Positions 63,061 through 64,000 of a stretch of DNA of 64,000 bases are shown piece after piece. The position numbers were made by a program, and so were the translations under genes. The stretch spans positions 797,254 through 861,253 of the forward strand of contig JAKLDG010000001.1 in the NCBI GenBank assembly GCA_022703645.1, in the 5' to 3' direction. The stretch is from Patescibacteria group bacterium. Lineage in GTDB: Bacteria; Patescibacteriota; JACPGU01. The first letter of the stretch is position 1; every line of letters begins with the position of its first letter. Below the pieces are notes generated by a model that saw only the letters and a list, made by a program, of their open reading frames with translations, was not told the origin of the DNA and searched no databases.

Positions 63061-63552
63061 TTAGTGTAAACTTTGTTTACTATCTATTTCTAATTTTAAT
63101 AACTCTATCCTCGCTTTCTTGTATTGGTTGTTGGGGAATTGCATTACTTCTTTTGGCTGTTTTCCTCTTAAATCATATATAGCCAAAGATTCATTCATTT
63201 GAGCAACCAGCATAAAATTGTTTTTATTATAGATTTTTGGAAGTTCCTGTAAATTTGGTTCTTTACTTTTTAGTTCCTTGCCTTGTGATTTCTGCTTGAT
63301 TAGCTTTTTAAAGTCTTTTTTTGCTTCTCCCATCTTCTCTATCGGATATTCTTTGATTATTTTTTCTTTTTCACCTGAACTGTCAGTGATTTTTATTTTA
63401 CTTTCGGCATATATGGTGTGAAAAGTGAGCGCCCCAACTTCTGTCCCAGCCGTCATTTTTATCCCATTATAATGAAGGGCGAACTCTTTTCCACCTACCT
63501 CTTTCCAGAAAGGAACTTTGCTATCATAGCCATAGGGATTGATGTTTTTCAT
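63061..63552 (-). CDS. Hypothetical protein (163 aa)
   Basis: 4-bp spacing to the downstream gene; Lys-rich; no motif. Confidence 0.35.
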   Translation of the reverse strand: MKNINPYGYDSKVPFWKEVGGKEFALHYNGIKMTAGTEVGALTFHTIYAESKIKITDSSGEKEKIIKEYPIEKMGEAKKDFKKLIKQKSQGKELKSKEPNLQELPKIYNKNNFMLVAQMNESLAIYDLRGKQPKEVMQFPNNQYKKARIELLKLEIDSKQSLH

Positions 63553-64000
63553 ATGATTATTTTAGTTCCTGTGCTATATCGCTTATTACTATGATAGCGG
63601 AAATTAAGACTATAGTTAATAGATATTTAATTGGTTAGTTCCTTTACTTTTGCTTTTTGCTACGCTTTTATCTTTTATCTATTACTATTTTGCGTTTTCT
63701 TGTCTCTTTGAACCTTGTCTTACAGATTGAACCCTTAATTGACATTAATAAGAAAATGCATTTTTTTCTTACACTTTTTATTATTTTGTGTTCTCTAGTT
63801 TCTCTGTACCTTGGGTTATAGGTTAAGGTGGCGAACAAACTATTAAAAATTTCGGGGTTTATGTATTTTTGGTTGGCTATCTCCTGTGGGCGTGAAAATT
63901 TTCAATATTGTTTTGAGAATTACTTAAAAATGATTTAGAAAAATGCATGCGGTTTAGAGGTTATTCTGCAAAATAATAAAATCAATATTTTTTTAAAGAT

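Noticed and set aside
59545-63251. Recurring GAAGTTCCT 9-mer (59545, 62783, 63243) reminiscent of FLP/FRT half-sites
   Set aside because: The flanking bases do not form FRT-like inverted pairs with an 8-bp spacer. One copy is inside a coding region and one inside a terminator hairpin. It is most likely chance in AT-rich sequence.

Overview
This is an AT-rich (~33% GC) window with short intergenic spacers and several tandem/convergent operons. Standard genetic code applies, since housekeeping ORFs are intact. The gene content (four-helix-bundle IVS-type protein, VirB4/VirB6-like T4SS genes with small pilins, a giant 2709-aa membrane protein, FemAB and odd Mur-ligase genes) most resembles a small-genome Patescibacteria/CPR-like bacterium; this is an inference, not a database result. 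The window spans the chromosomal replication origin: dnaA-dnaN-(DciA-like) on the minus strand with DnaA-box clusters on both sides of dnaA, and rpmH-rnpA-yidD-yidC on the plus strand. The housekeeping and cell-envelope genes are valS (N-terminal fragment at the left edge), tsaD, holA, polA, rpsT, a FemAB-like gene, a Mur-ligase gene, a GGDEF cyclase, Hsp20, ComFC, an RNase J-like beta-CASP nuclease and a sugar ABC binding lipoprotein. There is a T4SS-like module: VirB4 ATPase, VirB3/PrgI-like and VirB6/TrbL-like proteins, two T4SS-pilin-like genes, and a lytic transglycosylase/NlpC-P60 cell-wall hydrolase. One operon in this module is interrupted by a four-helix-bundle gene bracketed by imperfect inverted repeats. 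Three paralogous secreted PD40-motif proteins are driven by duplicated sigma70-like promoters carrying a conserved palindromic operator. A 2709-aa giant membrane protein sits next to the origin. A multi-domain amidase/SpoIID protein and an S8 protease share an unassigned ~85-100-aa repeat domain. The most unusual part is a ~13-kb accessory region (about 51.27 kb to the window end). It has two adjacent pairs of long, essentially perfect inverted repeats (A/A', 196 bp, flanking a 2.9-kb GNAT/XRE cargo; B/B', 148 bp, flanking and partly encoding a large serine recombinase). It also has a Hin-like small serine invertase, three perfect-consensus sigma70 promoters, a promoter-plus-terminator defined candidate sRNA, and a Pol-beta nucleotidyltransferase/MazG/HAD gene set. 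No rRNA, tRNA or CRISPR array was detected.
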